Below are positions 1 through 12,175 of a DNA stretch of 64,000 nucleotides, one piece after another; position 1 is the stretch's first letter; every line of letters begins with the position of its first letter. The DNA is from Haliotis rubra. Its lineage: Eukaryota. Made by a program: the position numbers and the translations under genes. Under the pieces are notes generated by a model. It was given only the letters and a program-made list of their open reading frames with translations. It was not told the origin of the DNA and searched no databases. The DNA is taken from assembly GCF_003918875.1 (NCBI RefSeq), contig NW_025766592.1:992001-1056000 (forward strand). The letters are read 5' to 3'.

Positions 1-2053
1 CAGGGGCAAAAATAGAAAGTTAACGCAAGATTTTTTTGACGAATATCCTTGGCTAAGGCATTCTCCTCTCAACGATGGTGTTATATGTCTTCCATGTGTC
101 CTTTTCGCCACTGACGCAAATAAGGGTGCTTTGTATCTGTTTATATAAATGACTGGGCAAATATTGGAACATTGATAAAGTGGCACACTAATTTTGAATC
201 TCACCAAACTTGCTGTGAAAAATGCAGTAACTACAGAAAGGTTGCTTCTCACGTTCAAGATGATATTTGTACGCAACTGTCAAGTAGCCACAAAGCAACT
301 GTTGCTAAAAACCGCTCACTTCTGAAGACACTCATTGAAACACTCCTTCTGTGTTGAAAACAAAATATTGCAATTAGGGGGCACACAGAGGACAAAAGTA
401 ACTTCGTTGCTCTCTTGCAATACAGGGCGCAACATGATGTCATCCTGAAAAACCATTTGGACAATAGTTCAAATAACAACAAATATTTGTCACCATAGAT
501 TCAAAACGAGCTCCTTCACCTGTGTGCTTCACAAATAAAAACACATAGCAAATGAATGCAATGCTCAGGAATGTTTTTCCCTTATCGCTGATGAGGCCAC
601 TGATTCTTCAAACAAGGAACAGATTTCCCTTTCTGTCAGGTATGTGTCCGTTAATGAGGAAGGCCTCACGATATTAAAGAAAGTTTTGGGGGATTTGTTG
701 AAGCAGAAAGCACAAAGGCAGCACATTTAGCTGAGAAATTTCTTTCAGAATTAGGTGAACATGGCACTGATAAAAAAGATCATGAGAGGTAAGGGATATG
801 ACGGCGCTTCCAACATGAGTGGCCATGCCAGTGGTGTTCAGGCAATCATTAAACGCCAGCATCACGAGGTGTTCTATGTACACTGCAAGTCTCACTGCTT
901 GACCCTTGCGCTTGTGCACAGTTGTTCCATTAAGTCTGTCTAAATGATCATGTCCACAGTTCAGGATATCGCTTTTGCATTTTCATATTCTTCAAAGCGT
1001 CTTCTATTTTTCGCCAATGAGCTTGATTCCAATCAAGAAGTCAGAGAATCAATGGGCAGGAAAAAGAAGATCACTGAACTATGTGAAACACGATGGTCAA
1101 GCCGTGCAGATTCTCTATCAACTTTCAAAGCAGCATTTGATGTTATTGTAGATAGCTTGCAAGCACTGGAACAAACTGGGGATTCCAGAGCTAGATCGTT
1201 ACGATTGTCAATTCTCTCCTTTGACTTTATCGTTGGTCTCATTGTTTCACAACATGTTATGCATTACACTGTACAGTTATGGAAACTGTTACAGTCTGAT
1301 AGTATTGACTTATTTAAAGCTTCCAGTGAGGCGTCAGTTGTCATTAGCAGTCTCCGGCAAATCCGCGAGGAGGATGATATATGGCAAGAACTGTTTGACG
1401 ATGCCTCACAGCTTGCAAGAAAATATGAGCCGGCCCATAGTATGCCAAGGTGTGTTGTCCGTCACACAATGCGAGACAATGCCCCTGCTCCAACTCCAAT
1501 GCTGTACTGGTAGAGGAACTTATACTACCCTCTTCTTGACCACATCTCTCAGCAAATGAAGCAGAGGTTGATTGTACCTAATGGTCGCTTTGAAGCACAG
1601 TACTTAGTTCCTACCTCACTGCACAACCTTACTGATGAAATTGTAGGGAGGGTGTTTCAACAATTTGTTGAACTGCGTCAAAGCGACTTTGAGCAACTAA
1701 CGGTTGAAGTCCGACGGTGGAAATGCCGTTGGCAGGACATATCCATTGAAGAAAGGCCATCTTGTCTGCTAACAACTCTCGACTTTGCCAAGGCGGATCT
1801 TTATCCTCATATCCATATGGCCGTGAAAACCTTGGCGACAATGCCAGTGTCCTCTGCAACAGCTGAACGTTCTTTCAGTGCAGTGAGACGCATTAAGACT
1901 TACCTCATATCAACAATGTTAACTGGCAGATTGTCTGCACTTGCACTTATTCACGTACATCGTGATTTCGCGGTAGACATTGACAAAGTCATTGACATAT
2001 TCGCACAAGGTCAAACTAAACGACTGGCTCTTCTCTTTGACCAACATCTGTGA
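1..2053 (+). pseudogene. Decayed hAT-superfamily transposase (ZMYM1/P52rIPK-like), truncated by the window edge
   Basis: Motifs in order: TTF-type Zn finger (YPWL..S...DG..C.PC.LF), IADE(A)TD, GKGYDGASNMSG, VHCKSHCLTL, CETRWSSR, and C-terminal dimerisation domain (TMPVSSATAERSFSAVRRIKTYL..TM...RLSALALIHVH). In-frame stops at about 355, 496, 941 and 1511, plus frameshifts. Confidence 0.93.
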
Positions 2054-2542
2054 TGACCTATTGTTGCTCGGATAGTTTGTTGGATCCTCTCAGTCGTCAT
2101 GAGATCCACCTTATGCTTTTAAGTTGAAGTGTTTCCTTTACCGAGTCTTCTTTAAGTTGTTTAACTTTACTATTTACAATATTTACTTGGTCAGGATCTG
2201 CTTGAGTTTGATCCGCTAGAGTTAATTTTTATGGTTTGCATGTTTTAACATGTTATTGACTTTAACTTGTGTTCAGGAAAATGTTTTACTTTTAGATGTG
2301 GTATACTCTCCATGATTTTAAAATATTTCATCGTTTGTGCTTACGCACCTGTCAATCGCTTGTCCAGAGACCAGTATTTACAGACGGCTGTTATATAGCT
2401 TTACTTGTGCCGACTGCAGAGTAAAACCATATTCACTCACTTACTCTTCGACTGAGATAAAATGTGCATGAAAAGTTGTAAGTCATCACCTGACCTCAGG
2501 TGAAATCGGGAATACAAAGATACAATAGCCAAATGTATCAGA

Positions 2543-2693
2543 GTGAGTGAGTGTAGTTTTACACCGCTTTAAGTAATATTCCGTCAGTATCACCACTGGG
2601 GACACCAGAAATGGGCTTCACACATGAGGGGAATCAAACACGGCCATTGGAGTGACGAGCGAACGCTTTAACCACTAGACTACCCCACCGCCC
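2543..2693 (-). mobile_element. tRNA-Asp-derived SINE (family A)
   Basis: Reverse complement of the family-A consensus, internally deleted; flanked by a TATCAGAG direct repeat. Confidence 0.85.
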
Positions 2694-2857
2694 TTAATAT
2701 ATCAGAGACACTACGTCAAGTTCAGCATTAAAAAAATGATTTTTTTTTTGGTGTGTGTTGGGGGGTTGGGGGATGGGGGGTGAGTTGATGACGCAGCCTT
2801 GAATAATACTTGAGTAATTACATGTTGTGTCAGCTTGATGTGGGGGAAAACCCAAAG

Positions 2858-3635
2858 AGAAGAACAAGAAGAAGATTGTTTATTGAAGTGTTGTACATCA
2901 TAAAAAGCATCATAACATATTGACATAAAGTAGAGTACAACATCCGGCCAATACGGCCTATGAGACACTATATTGCATTTAAAAACAGAAGTTAAAATTT
3001 GATAATAAATTACTAACAGCTATAGTTGGTGGAACAGTGTAGTATTAAAATAGTGTAATGTTACTAGGATTGCTAAGTTGGTCCCCGACGTTAGGAGAAC
3101 AACAAGGTGAAGGTAAATAGTGAAGAGGTAGGTTAACTTGCGAGTTGACGACGCCCCAACATGCGTAGGAGGAAAGCGGCTACTTGTTTAATAAACTGGC
3201 TATCTTGCATAATGAGAGTGACCTGGTCAACAGGGGTGTACTGGGTAAAGGAAGGGTATACTGCCGCGACAGCGTTCCATAAGTCATATCTAATATCCGA
3301 ATAAAAACTACAACATGCCAAGAAGTGAATTTCATCCTCATTTACTGCAAATGCGTTCTTCCAAAGGGTCTTAGGTCGTTTAAATCTCCCTAGTTCGACC
3401 TCTAAAGTTAATGTACCACAACGGAATCTTGCAAAGATACCACGTTGCGATCTGTCCAAAATAGTGTTGACGTAGCTCTCTGTAGAAAGATGTTGCTTAA
3501 ATAGACGAAATGTGCGTAATTTGTTACAACTCACTTGCCCCCTGTCATTCCACAGCTCTGAGAGCCATTCCCTATAGTTTAACGTTAAGAGCCATTCCTG
3601 CACAGACTTGAGATCTGACCGAGACATGCTGTATA
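2858..3635 (-). mobile_element. LINE (CR1/L2-group-like): 3' end of ORF2 plus 3' UTR
   Basis: KLRTFRLFK..ESYV..RGIFARFRCG.L.LEVELGRF..EDEIHFL..C..Y..R is the typical post-RT C-terminus. Stop at 3133; minus-strand AATAAA followed by a (TTC)-like tail at about 2858-2885. Confidence 0.85.
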
Positions 3636-5164
3636 CACTAACGTCCAAAAGAAACGATACAAGGAATATTGTGACTATAACATAAAGAAACAACTCATAA
3701 TGGTTGAAAGGACATTTGTATTTGATAAACAGATGACTAATCACCATAGTTTTCGGAGATTCATCTAATTATCGATGACAACAAACTTGGAAAAAGTCTT
3801 GAAACAAGAGAGTGTCATTTGTCCGGTATTCGATCAGGTCAAAATGTATAGACACATCATGATACTGTGAATTTTATCAGAGCGATCAGTATCTGGTATG
3901 TCCACCTCGTGTATCAATACATGTGGCAACTCGACGTCGTACTGAGTAGACCAAACGCCGGATAACATGCACGGGTATCCTCCTCCACTCCTCTTGGAGA
4001 GCCTGAGCAAGCTGCTGTCTGTTTCCTGGAAGCACAGGTCTTGCACGCACTTGTCGTTCCAAATGGTTCCAGATATGCTCAATGGGCGACATGTCAGGTG
4101 ACCGAGCAGGCCAAGGCAACACGCTGACGTTATTTCTTTGGAGGGAATCTGTGGTAACACGAGCTGTATGTGGAGGGGCGTTGTCCTGTTGAAATATGAT
4201 GCGGTTTTGGTGTTGTTGCAAGAAAGGCAGGACAACTGGGAGCAGTATCTGGTCGATGTACCCTCGAGCGTTCAAATTACCATTCACCACAATGAGATCT
4301 GTCTTCACATCACCACAGATCTGACCCCAAACCATGACACCGCCTCCGCCAAATTGAACCACCTCCTGGAAGCAGTTACGTTGGTAACGTTCGCCTCGTC
4401 TTCGATAGACTCGAGCCCTGCCATCATTATGGAATATAAGGAACTTGCTCTCGTCCGAAACATGACCCTTTGCCAATGCCTGTTCTGCCATTGTCGAACG
4501 GTGCGTGCCCACTGCAGACGTCGACGTCGATGTTGATGCGTTAAAACTACGCCTCGAAAGGGTCTGTTAGCACGAATACCATGCCGTCGGAGTCGTCGTG
4601 CAACTGTCTGTCGGCTGACGATGTCCAAGACCAGTTGCTGCTGATGACGTCACAGGCAGGAAACGATTTCTGAGATGAAGCATCCGTAAATACCGGTCCT
4701 CATTCGGCTTGGTAACGGGAGGTCTCCCACGTCTGGGCCGCTCTGATGTCACACCTGTCTGCCTGTAACATTGTAGGAGTCTCGTGATAGTACTACGAGC
4801 GCAGCCCAAGGTTGTAGCAACGTGCTGGTGGGTGACTCCCATTTGCATCATTCCAAAGGCCCTCTCTCTTTCTTCCTGTGTTAATCGCGGCATGGTCGTT
4901 AATATATTTTGGATGGGATGATGTCAGTGAACAGCTGTACACTCATTTGATATGAATACCATGCACGTGATTCACGCTGCACGCGGGAGCAATTTTCATG
5001 CTTTAAGACAGTTAGCACGAAAACGTTGCGCCCAAACACAACTATTTTCATGATTCTTGACTGTTGAATTGAGGCGATTGTTTCCATGTCATATCTAATC
5101 AAAAATATATTTATTCAGAATATTTATATTTTTAATTTTGTATAGTTTCTTTTGAACGTTAGTA
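3636..5164 (-). mobile_element. Tc1-family DNA transposon, full length, transposase frameshifted
   Basis: 27-bp TIRs (CACTAACGTCCAAAAGAAACGATACAA at 3636; 3 mismatches at the 5164 end) and TA TSD at 3634-35 and 5165-66. Confidence 0.95.
3886..4893 (-). pseudogene. Tc1 transposase DD34E with two frameshifts
   Basis: MPRL..HTH..GRP (4893-), VSRQTVARRL..RLQWAR (frame 2), SDESKF..VMVWG..QQDNAPPH..WPARSPDMSPIEH..GGHTRY (frame 3); 34 residues between the second D and E; shifts near 4620 and 4460. Confidence 0.93.
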
Positions 5165-5166
5165 TA

Positions 5167-5460
5167 CATCAGTGACTGGGAGCTGTAAAGAACTAAGCAG
5201 TGACAGTACATTATGATACCATGATTTTCTGAATTTAGTAGACCATCTGTTAATGGCATTGAGTATTGTACTATGACTGTTAGAATGCAGCTTATGCCAA
5301 AATCTCACAATTTCAACTTTATGTTTGGTAAAGGCAGAACACCAGCCCATTTCCCCCCTGACTGCAATATTTGGAGTCTTACTGTTAACACTTAAAAAGA
5401 ACCTACAGGCACGGTTTCTGACGGCTTTTATACAGCTGAATTGCCGGGTGCCCCAAATGG
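5167..5460 (-). mobile_element. Upstream part of the same LINE ORF2 (5'-truncated)
   Basis: IWG..KAVRNRACRFFLSV..TPNIAVRGEMGW..RFWHKL; joins the 3133-3635 part in frame once the Tc1 is removed. Confidence 0.85.
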
Positions 5461-6596
5461 AGATGAAGACAGCCAAACTTTCAAAACCTTTAAAGTCACA
5501 AAAACAGTATCGTATTCACTTAAAAACCTGAGTGACGCACGATTTTCTCCATACATTTCTTGGATTAAAAAAGCTAAAAGTTGTTCAAACTTCAAATCAA
5601 AAAGCAACATGTTTCCTATCATCGAATGTCAGCCATTATTTCAGACGTCCAACAACGGAAGGTCACGCGTTCTCTTGTTCACCGTGCGTCTTTAACCGAC
5701 GCTCTCTCATTTCGACATCAGTATAATGATTTTAACAAATCGGCCTAATCTTTTTGGCGTCTGCTTTCTGTGTACCTGCTGTTTTTACGCATCTATTTGA
5801 GCATGCACGTGCAAGATTCTCCAAACACATGCACACATTCCCGTTGTGCTCGGCTAACTGATTGAGTTAACTGCGCGCTCTCAAATTGGCAGAGCGCCTC
5901 AACAAGTGTTCAATAACTCACTCCGTTCTGTTGTTCAATGAATAATAATCGAAGAAAATGGAGGAAAAAACGCCATTAGGCGTCAGTTAGACAACTGACC
6001 ATTCCTCAATGTCAAAGCTTATCCATGGGGTGTGAGCTTAAGCAGAATATAGGAGCAGGAGCGACTGATGTCGGATAAACCGGCCGACTGCTCACAGGCC
6101 GTTAGCGATGCATTTTGTCGGAGTCTGGTGAAACACAGTCGAATAAAACGTAATTGTAATTGTAAAATATTAAGAAAACCATTATTTTACGTTTACAAAA
6201 TCGGAGTTAACCTTTGAGAGAAATTCTAGACAGCGTCTGGCATTTCCGATCATGGAGCCTCAGAGCCAATGTTGTCTTGTTACAAGCATCTTTTTCCCAA
6301 AAATTTACGATTATTAAAGGGTGTTTTTTTTAACAAACATTGATTTGGCCATAAAAATGAAGAATCCATTTGCACTCTTTGCATGTGAAGATGTCGAGCA
6401 CGGCTGTATAGTGTTGCATCCATCGCTGTTTTTACTCTCCAGCATCTATGTGTCGCCATCAATAAATGCTGGATAATATAATCAAAGCAATAAGTGGTTA
6501 CGGTTCTGCAGTTCGTCTCGACAAGCCTTACAATATTTATGTGTGTATGTTGTTTAGCGCCGCGCGCTGAAATATTCTAGCTCTTAATGGCGGCAT

Positions 6597-7028
6597 ACCC
6601 GTGAAGATCCGGGTTAAAATTGGTCTTCAGCAACCCGTGCTTGTCGTAAGAGGCGACTAACGGGATCGGGTTGTCAGAATCGCTGACTTGGCTGACCCAT
6701 GTCATCGTATCCGAATTGCGTAGATTGATGCTCATGTTGTTGATCACTGGATTGTCTGGCCTAGACTCTATTATTTACAGACGGCCGCAATATGGCTGGG
6801 ATATTGCTGAGTGCGGCGTTAAACAACAAAACAACCAACCAACTATATTAAAAGCACGGCGTGAAAGTAATCGAGTCTGGACCAGTCAAACCTTGAGCGA
6901 TCTACGCAACTGGGATACGATGACATGTGTCAACCAAGTCAGCGAGCCTGACCACCCTATCCCGTTAGTCGCCTCTTACGAATAGCATGGGTTACTGAAG
7001 ATCAATTCTAACCCGGATCGTCACGGGT
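6597..7028. mobile_element. Two family-B SINEs tail-to-tail (6597-6843 +, about 6866-7028 -)
   Basis: ACCCGTGAAGATCCGGGTT...GTCGTAAGAGGCGACTAACGGG...GATATTGCTGAGTGCGGCGTTAAACAAC, followed by its reverse complement. Confidence 0.9.
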
Positions 7029-7473
7029 ATTGAGGGTAAGCCTGTCCCGGCCGTAACCCAAACGAGGACTATTGACAGCAGCCATCGTGGTCATTTGATC
7101 ACCAACTCTTATGGCACTTGAAAGTTTATTTTATGATTATAATCTGAATATACTGAAACCACACTAAACCGGATTAATAAATGTCCGGGTAAACGAATCA
7201 AGGATCTGGAGATATATCACTTTTTGAGTGTACACTCATATTTTCCCAACGAGAACTGTCCCGATTAATAGGAGTTCAGATTAATGAGGTTTTACTGGAT
7301 ACGTTATACTTGTACACACACCTGGTTCTTCAGTTACCGTAGAATACCAATTCCAAGTGCCATTTTGGTTAATTTGGAAACAACATACTCGTATAAGGTG
7401 TCTGTTTCATTTGACCTCTGACACACCTCTATATTCCATGGAGTGTATTTTGCAAACCTACACTAACCCCCAT

Positions 7474-7645
7474 ATTGACAAACTTTATGGATAACAATAC
7501 CTTCTCTTATTTTGTGAGTGCGACGTTTCGATACAGATTCTTGTACAGTTGTCTATCAGGAATCTTGTACCGTTGTCAAGCAGAAATACCGTTAAATATT
7601 GTCAATATTGTACTTCCCAACTCCTTAAATGTCACTCAAAGAAGT
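7474..7645. mobile_element. Penelope-like element relic with variant hammerhead (minus strand), inverted structure
   Basis: TSD TACACTAACCCC(C)AT at 7459-7473 and 7646-7659. Minus strand reads TGC-TTGACAA-..GTAC..GTAT-CGAAACGTC-GCA. Tail CAACTCCTTAAATGTCACTCAAAGA matches the tails at about 18062 and 23578. Confidence 0.7.
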
Positions 7646-9459
7646 TACACTAACCCCATGATTTCATATGGTATATCGATATCTATCCACATGTTGGACC
7701 ACAGGTTAATTCTATATGGCCCTTAACCAGCATATTCAAAGTAAACGGGACGATATACCACAAGGTACATCCACCCATGTAGGAATGAATGGCGCATTAT
7801 CTACCCACACCCTTTTCAGTTCACCCCGCGGAATTTAAATATTAAGCTTTCAACTAAAAGCAAATATTGCAAACCTTTCATTACAGTTCACAACCACCTC
7901 TCCAAGCAGAGCAAACATATTCCGATATTGCCGCTAGACAAATGAGAAAAAATCCACATCCAATGTCAACAATTCGTTCCATTTCTGAAAGTATTCAGAA
8001 TACAAAGTCATGCTAGGTTTTCAATGTTTATTAAACAAAAACTGATCCCCCGTCTGTTTTCTCAATACAGAAAAAGACGTTTGGCTTGTAACCTGATCAC
8101 CCCTAAATCTAGTCGGTTATTCTGTATTGTTAAGACCAGGGGAGGGGTCTATATGGGTTAAGGAGGGGGAACAGACAACGCGGGGGTACTTGAATGAATA
8201 GCGAGTTTACTTTGCGGATTTATTACTAAAACACCGTTAGCTTTTCGGCCGCCGCAACATAGGATTGAGCCCTTACGCAAACACAGGTCAACTGAAAATT
8301 TGAATTTGAAAAGATAAATATTGTCGTCTGCTTAATACGTGACGTCATAATGGTTTGGGCGGGAGGTCGAGGACAGCGCGTGTCATGTCTTCGGTGAAGA
8401 TAACAGATGACTATTTACATATCTATGTTAGGGGATTAAGGTATGTGGTAAGGAAATGGACTTTCTACGTTTTCATTTCAAAAATATTTATTTTAAACCT
8501 GAACCCTGACCTGCATGGTTTTACTTCATGACTGTCGGTATTTGCGTTTCGTAAGTATGGAGATTTTGGGTCAAGACACAGTTTCTTTCCTTAAATGGGC
8601 TGGGTAGCCTTGTGGTTTACCCGTTCACTCAACGTTCCGCTAACCCGGGTTCGATTGCTAAAATGTGTTCCAACTGTGAAACCCATTATTGATGTCGAGC
8701 TTTGATCGGGTTTCGATGGATTACTTTTCGTTTGTTTGTCGTCTTGTGCCGCACTCAGCAATATACCAGCAATGTGGCGACAGTCTGTAAATAATCGAGC
8801 CTGGACCAGACAATCCAGTGATCAACATCGTGAGCATCGACCTATGCAAAAAGGATTCGATGACATGTGTCAACCAAGTCAGAGAGTCTGAGCACCCGAT
8901 CCCGTTAGTCTCCTCTTACAATAAGCATGGGTTGCTGAATGCCAGTTCTAACCGGATCTAAGCCGCCATACAGCTGGAATATTGCTGAGTGCGGCGTAAA
9001 CCTAAATTCACTCACTCACAGTTCGCCACCTTGTAGCTGGAATTTTGCGGCGTTAAACAACAACCCAACCAATCCTTTTAAATAAACTTGTACCGTTGCC
9101 GGCTCAAAAGAACTGCATGTATTCAGCACACTGGCAGTACACACAGAGACCCCCATTGATCACTGACTGAAAATGTCTTTCATAAATACAGGGTCAGCGC
9201 TCTGTTAGAAGTTGCGGCATCACTTTCTGATTATTCCTGTTCCCGAGTCACGAATTACATGTACTCAGGAGGTGATTACTGACTTACTGAATGTCTGTTA
9301 TTACATTTTATGTTCTCCAATTGTGTTGGTAATGCGACTATATTCGTCAATGTCTCTTTAAGAAAAAAGGCTCCATCTTGAATAATTTTCTCAATTAAAT
9401 TTCAATTTGAAATAATCTTTCTCTACCACAAAAGGTTATGGTGTTCTTTGACTGCAGTA

Positions 9460-9730
9460 GACCCGTGAAGATCCGGGGTAGAATAGGTCTTCGGCAACCC
9501 AGACTTGCCACAACAGGCGACTATGCTTGTCGTAAGAGGCGATTAACGGGATCGGGTGGTCAGGCTCGCTGACTTGGTTGACACATGTCATCGGTTCCCA
9601 ATTGCGCAGATCGATGCTCATGCTGTTGATCACTGGATTGTCTGGTCCAGACTCGATTATTTACAAATCGCCGCCATATAGCTGGAATATTGCTGAGAGC
9701 GGCGTAAAACTAAACTCACTCGCTCACTGA
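9460..9730 (+). mobile_element. Full-length family-B SINE (duplicated-hairpin subfamily)
   Basis: 14-bp TSD CTTTGACTGCAGTA at 9446-9459 and 9731-9744; (ACTC)n tail; a second copy follows at about 9790-9998. Confidence 0.93.
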
Positions 9731-10014
9731 CTTTGACTGCAGTAACATGATACAAAGATGTGCTATTCCACACTGGCTGCGATCCAGTCAGATCCGGGCT
9801 AGAATTGGTCTTCAGCAACCAATGCTTGTCGTAAGAGGATCGGGTGGTCAGGCTCGCTGACTTGGTTGACACATGTCATCGCATCCCAAATGCGTAGATC
9901 GATGCTCATGCTGTTGATCACTGGATTGTCTGGTCCAGACTTGAATATTTGCAGACCGCCGCCATATAGCTGGAATATTGCTGAGTGAGGCTTTAAACAC
10001 CCTCATCACCCTTC

Positions 10015-10330
10015 AGCTCTTTCTCTCTACCATCTTCTTTCTTTCATTTAACTTATACTCTGTCTCTTCCTCTCTTTCTCCCTACCATCGTCTTTCTTTC
10101 AATAACTTATACTCTCTCTTTTCCTCTCTTTCTCTCTACCTTCGTCTTTCTTTCACCCAATTTTTACTCTCTCTCTCTCACTCTTTCTCTACCATCGTCT
10201 TTCTTTCATTTAACTTATATGCTTTCTCTCTCTCTTTCTCTCTACCATCTTCTTTCTTTCACCCAACTTTTACTCTCTCTCTCTCTCTCTCAATTTGTGT
10301 CGGTCGGTCTCTCTCTCTCTTTCTCTCTCG
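10015..10330. repeat. CT-rich degenerate tandem/low-complexity repeat
   Basis: Recurrent CTTTCTCTCTACCATCGTCTTTCTTTCA units and (CT)n. Confidence 0.85.
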
Positions 10331-10990
10331 CTCCAGGAGATCAATATTTTGAAAAGTAATTACTAACAGTGACTCGAATTCCTTTATACAGAAACGAAAA
10401 TGAAATTAGATACAACTGACGTTATAATGAAATTTAAAACGTAACTTGTATAATACAGTTACAGAGTGAATACATACAGCGTTGGTCAGGTACCTAGGGG
10501 GTTCATTATTTTGCTGGATCCGGCAAGATCCGGGTTCGAATCCCTTGAGGATGCCAGTAATGAGAAGCTTATTTATCATGGTCACGATGTCTTCAAAACA
10601 TGTCATGACACTGTGTTAGAGTCACTGTGATGTGACGCTTTTGAAGGACGTTGGAATTCTCTGGTGCATCTGACCTTGAACCGGAAGCGGAAGAGACCGC
10701 CACCTTCGAAGAAAGCGCCTTGGTGATGTCCTATATTACGTCTCCTGGGGTCACATCGCGCCTGGATACCGATTTAGTATTGATGATATCAATCTGCACC
10801 AACCTATTTTGTTCTTAAGAGATGACTTTATGGATCGGGTTTTCAGGCCGAGCAATTTGTGTGTCATCGAAGCGGTCTCTATATTTACAACAGGCATACA
10901 GATGGAATGTTGGAGTGTTGAATAACAAACAGGTTATTCGGTTTGAAGGGGGTTGGTTTGTCCGATCTTTATCCCCGAGATACCCTTAGG

Positions 10991-11149
10991 TAGGTGAGTG
11001 AGAGAGTATAGTTTTACGCCGCTTTTAGCAATATTCACGGCGAGGGACAACAGAAACGAGCTTCACACAATGTAACCATGTGGGGAATCGAACCCGGGTC
11101 TTCGGCGTGACGAGCGAACGCTTTCACCACTAGGCTGCCCCACCGCCCC
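10991..11149 (-). mobile_element. tRNA-Asp-derived SINE (family A)
   Basis: 13-bp TSD AGATACCCTTAGG (10978-90 and 11150-62); A box TAGCCTAGTGG, GTC anticodon-like loop, B box GGTTCGATTCC. Confidence 0.93.
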
Positions 11150-11876
11150 AGATACCCTTAGGAAGCAGAGACGTAGCTGAACAGCCTTCTAGTTCAAACG
11201 CGTTGCAACAACGTCAGCCACAGCACGACGTCGTGCGACGCCGGAGACCCACATTAGGAGTCATTTATCAGTACCGGGGTCGACCCTATGGATTTATGAT
11301 TGAGTAGCCGAAGAGGCGGTAGTGTCACGACCGAGAAACTGTCTTCCTTGCAACTAATTGATAGACGATAAGCCAGAGATACGGTCATCCACGGACTTGA
11401 AAAGTAATCACCGTTGTTTCAGTGGCACGGGGAAACAAAAAAGTCGCAACCTGAAAACCCCAAGAGATGCATCTGTCATAGCAACGCTCAAATCAATTTT
11501 TCAGAAGCGTTATTTTTATTCAATTATGATTTATAACTTTTATTCTTCCCTTGTGGGACTACCTTTGCAACGCGTTTTTATCATGCGATTTGGTTCGTGA
11601 AACGTCTATTCCAATACAGGTTTACCATTTAACCTTAAACTTTACAAGTTTAGCAGCTGCAGTTGTTATGCAATACGTTTCAAATATAAATTTAAAGACA
11701 AAGACTTTGAGCACATTCATTAAGAGAGAAAATCAACCAGTTAACGTGTAATTTCAAACTTACATTTCAAGAAGACTATGAGAATAATTATTTATCAATC
11801 AAAAGAAATCAAGTTAAATTAAGATGTACTAATAAATCGGGGTCGTTATATCAAATGAGTCACAGTTAAGTAAAAC

Positions 11877-12175
11877 AGGCGGGGCAGTGGAGTAGCCTAG
11901 TGGTAAAAGCGTTTGCTCATCACGCTGAAGACTCGGGTTCGATTCCCCATATAGGTGCAGTGTGTGAAGCCCATTTTTGGCGTCCCCCGAAGTGATATTG
12001 CTGGAATATTGATTAAAAAAACGGCATAAAACCATACTCACTCACTCACTGACCATATTCACTCACTCACTCACCCACATACGCACCCATCCATCCACAC
12101 ACCCATTCACTCACTCACCCACCCTTACACACACACACACACTCACTCACTCACCCATCCACTCACCCACTCACT
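11877..12175 (+). mobile_element. Family-A SINE with expanded (ACTC/ACCC/AC)n tail
   Basis: Consensus match at 11877-12049, then microsatellite. Confidence 0.88.

Noticed and set aside
6597-6700. Canonical HDV-like ribozyme in the family-B head
   Set aside because: The strand order and the ~30-nt spacing do not fit the P1-P2-P3-L3-P1.1-P4 topology; kept only as an unclassified structure.
6671-6985. Recurrent MLMLLITGLSGPDSIIYRPPPYSWNIAECGVK / MINSMSIDL ORFs as a secreted-peptide family
   Set aside because: All are translations of family-B SINE sequence.
9978-10352. 124-aa Leu/Ser/Phe-rich membrane-like ORF
   Set aside because: Translation of CT low-complexity repeat.
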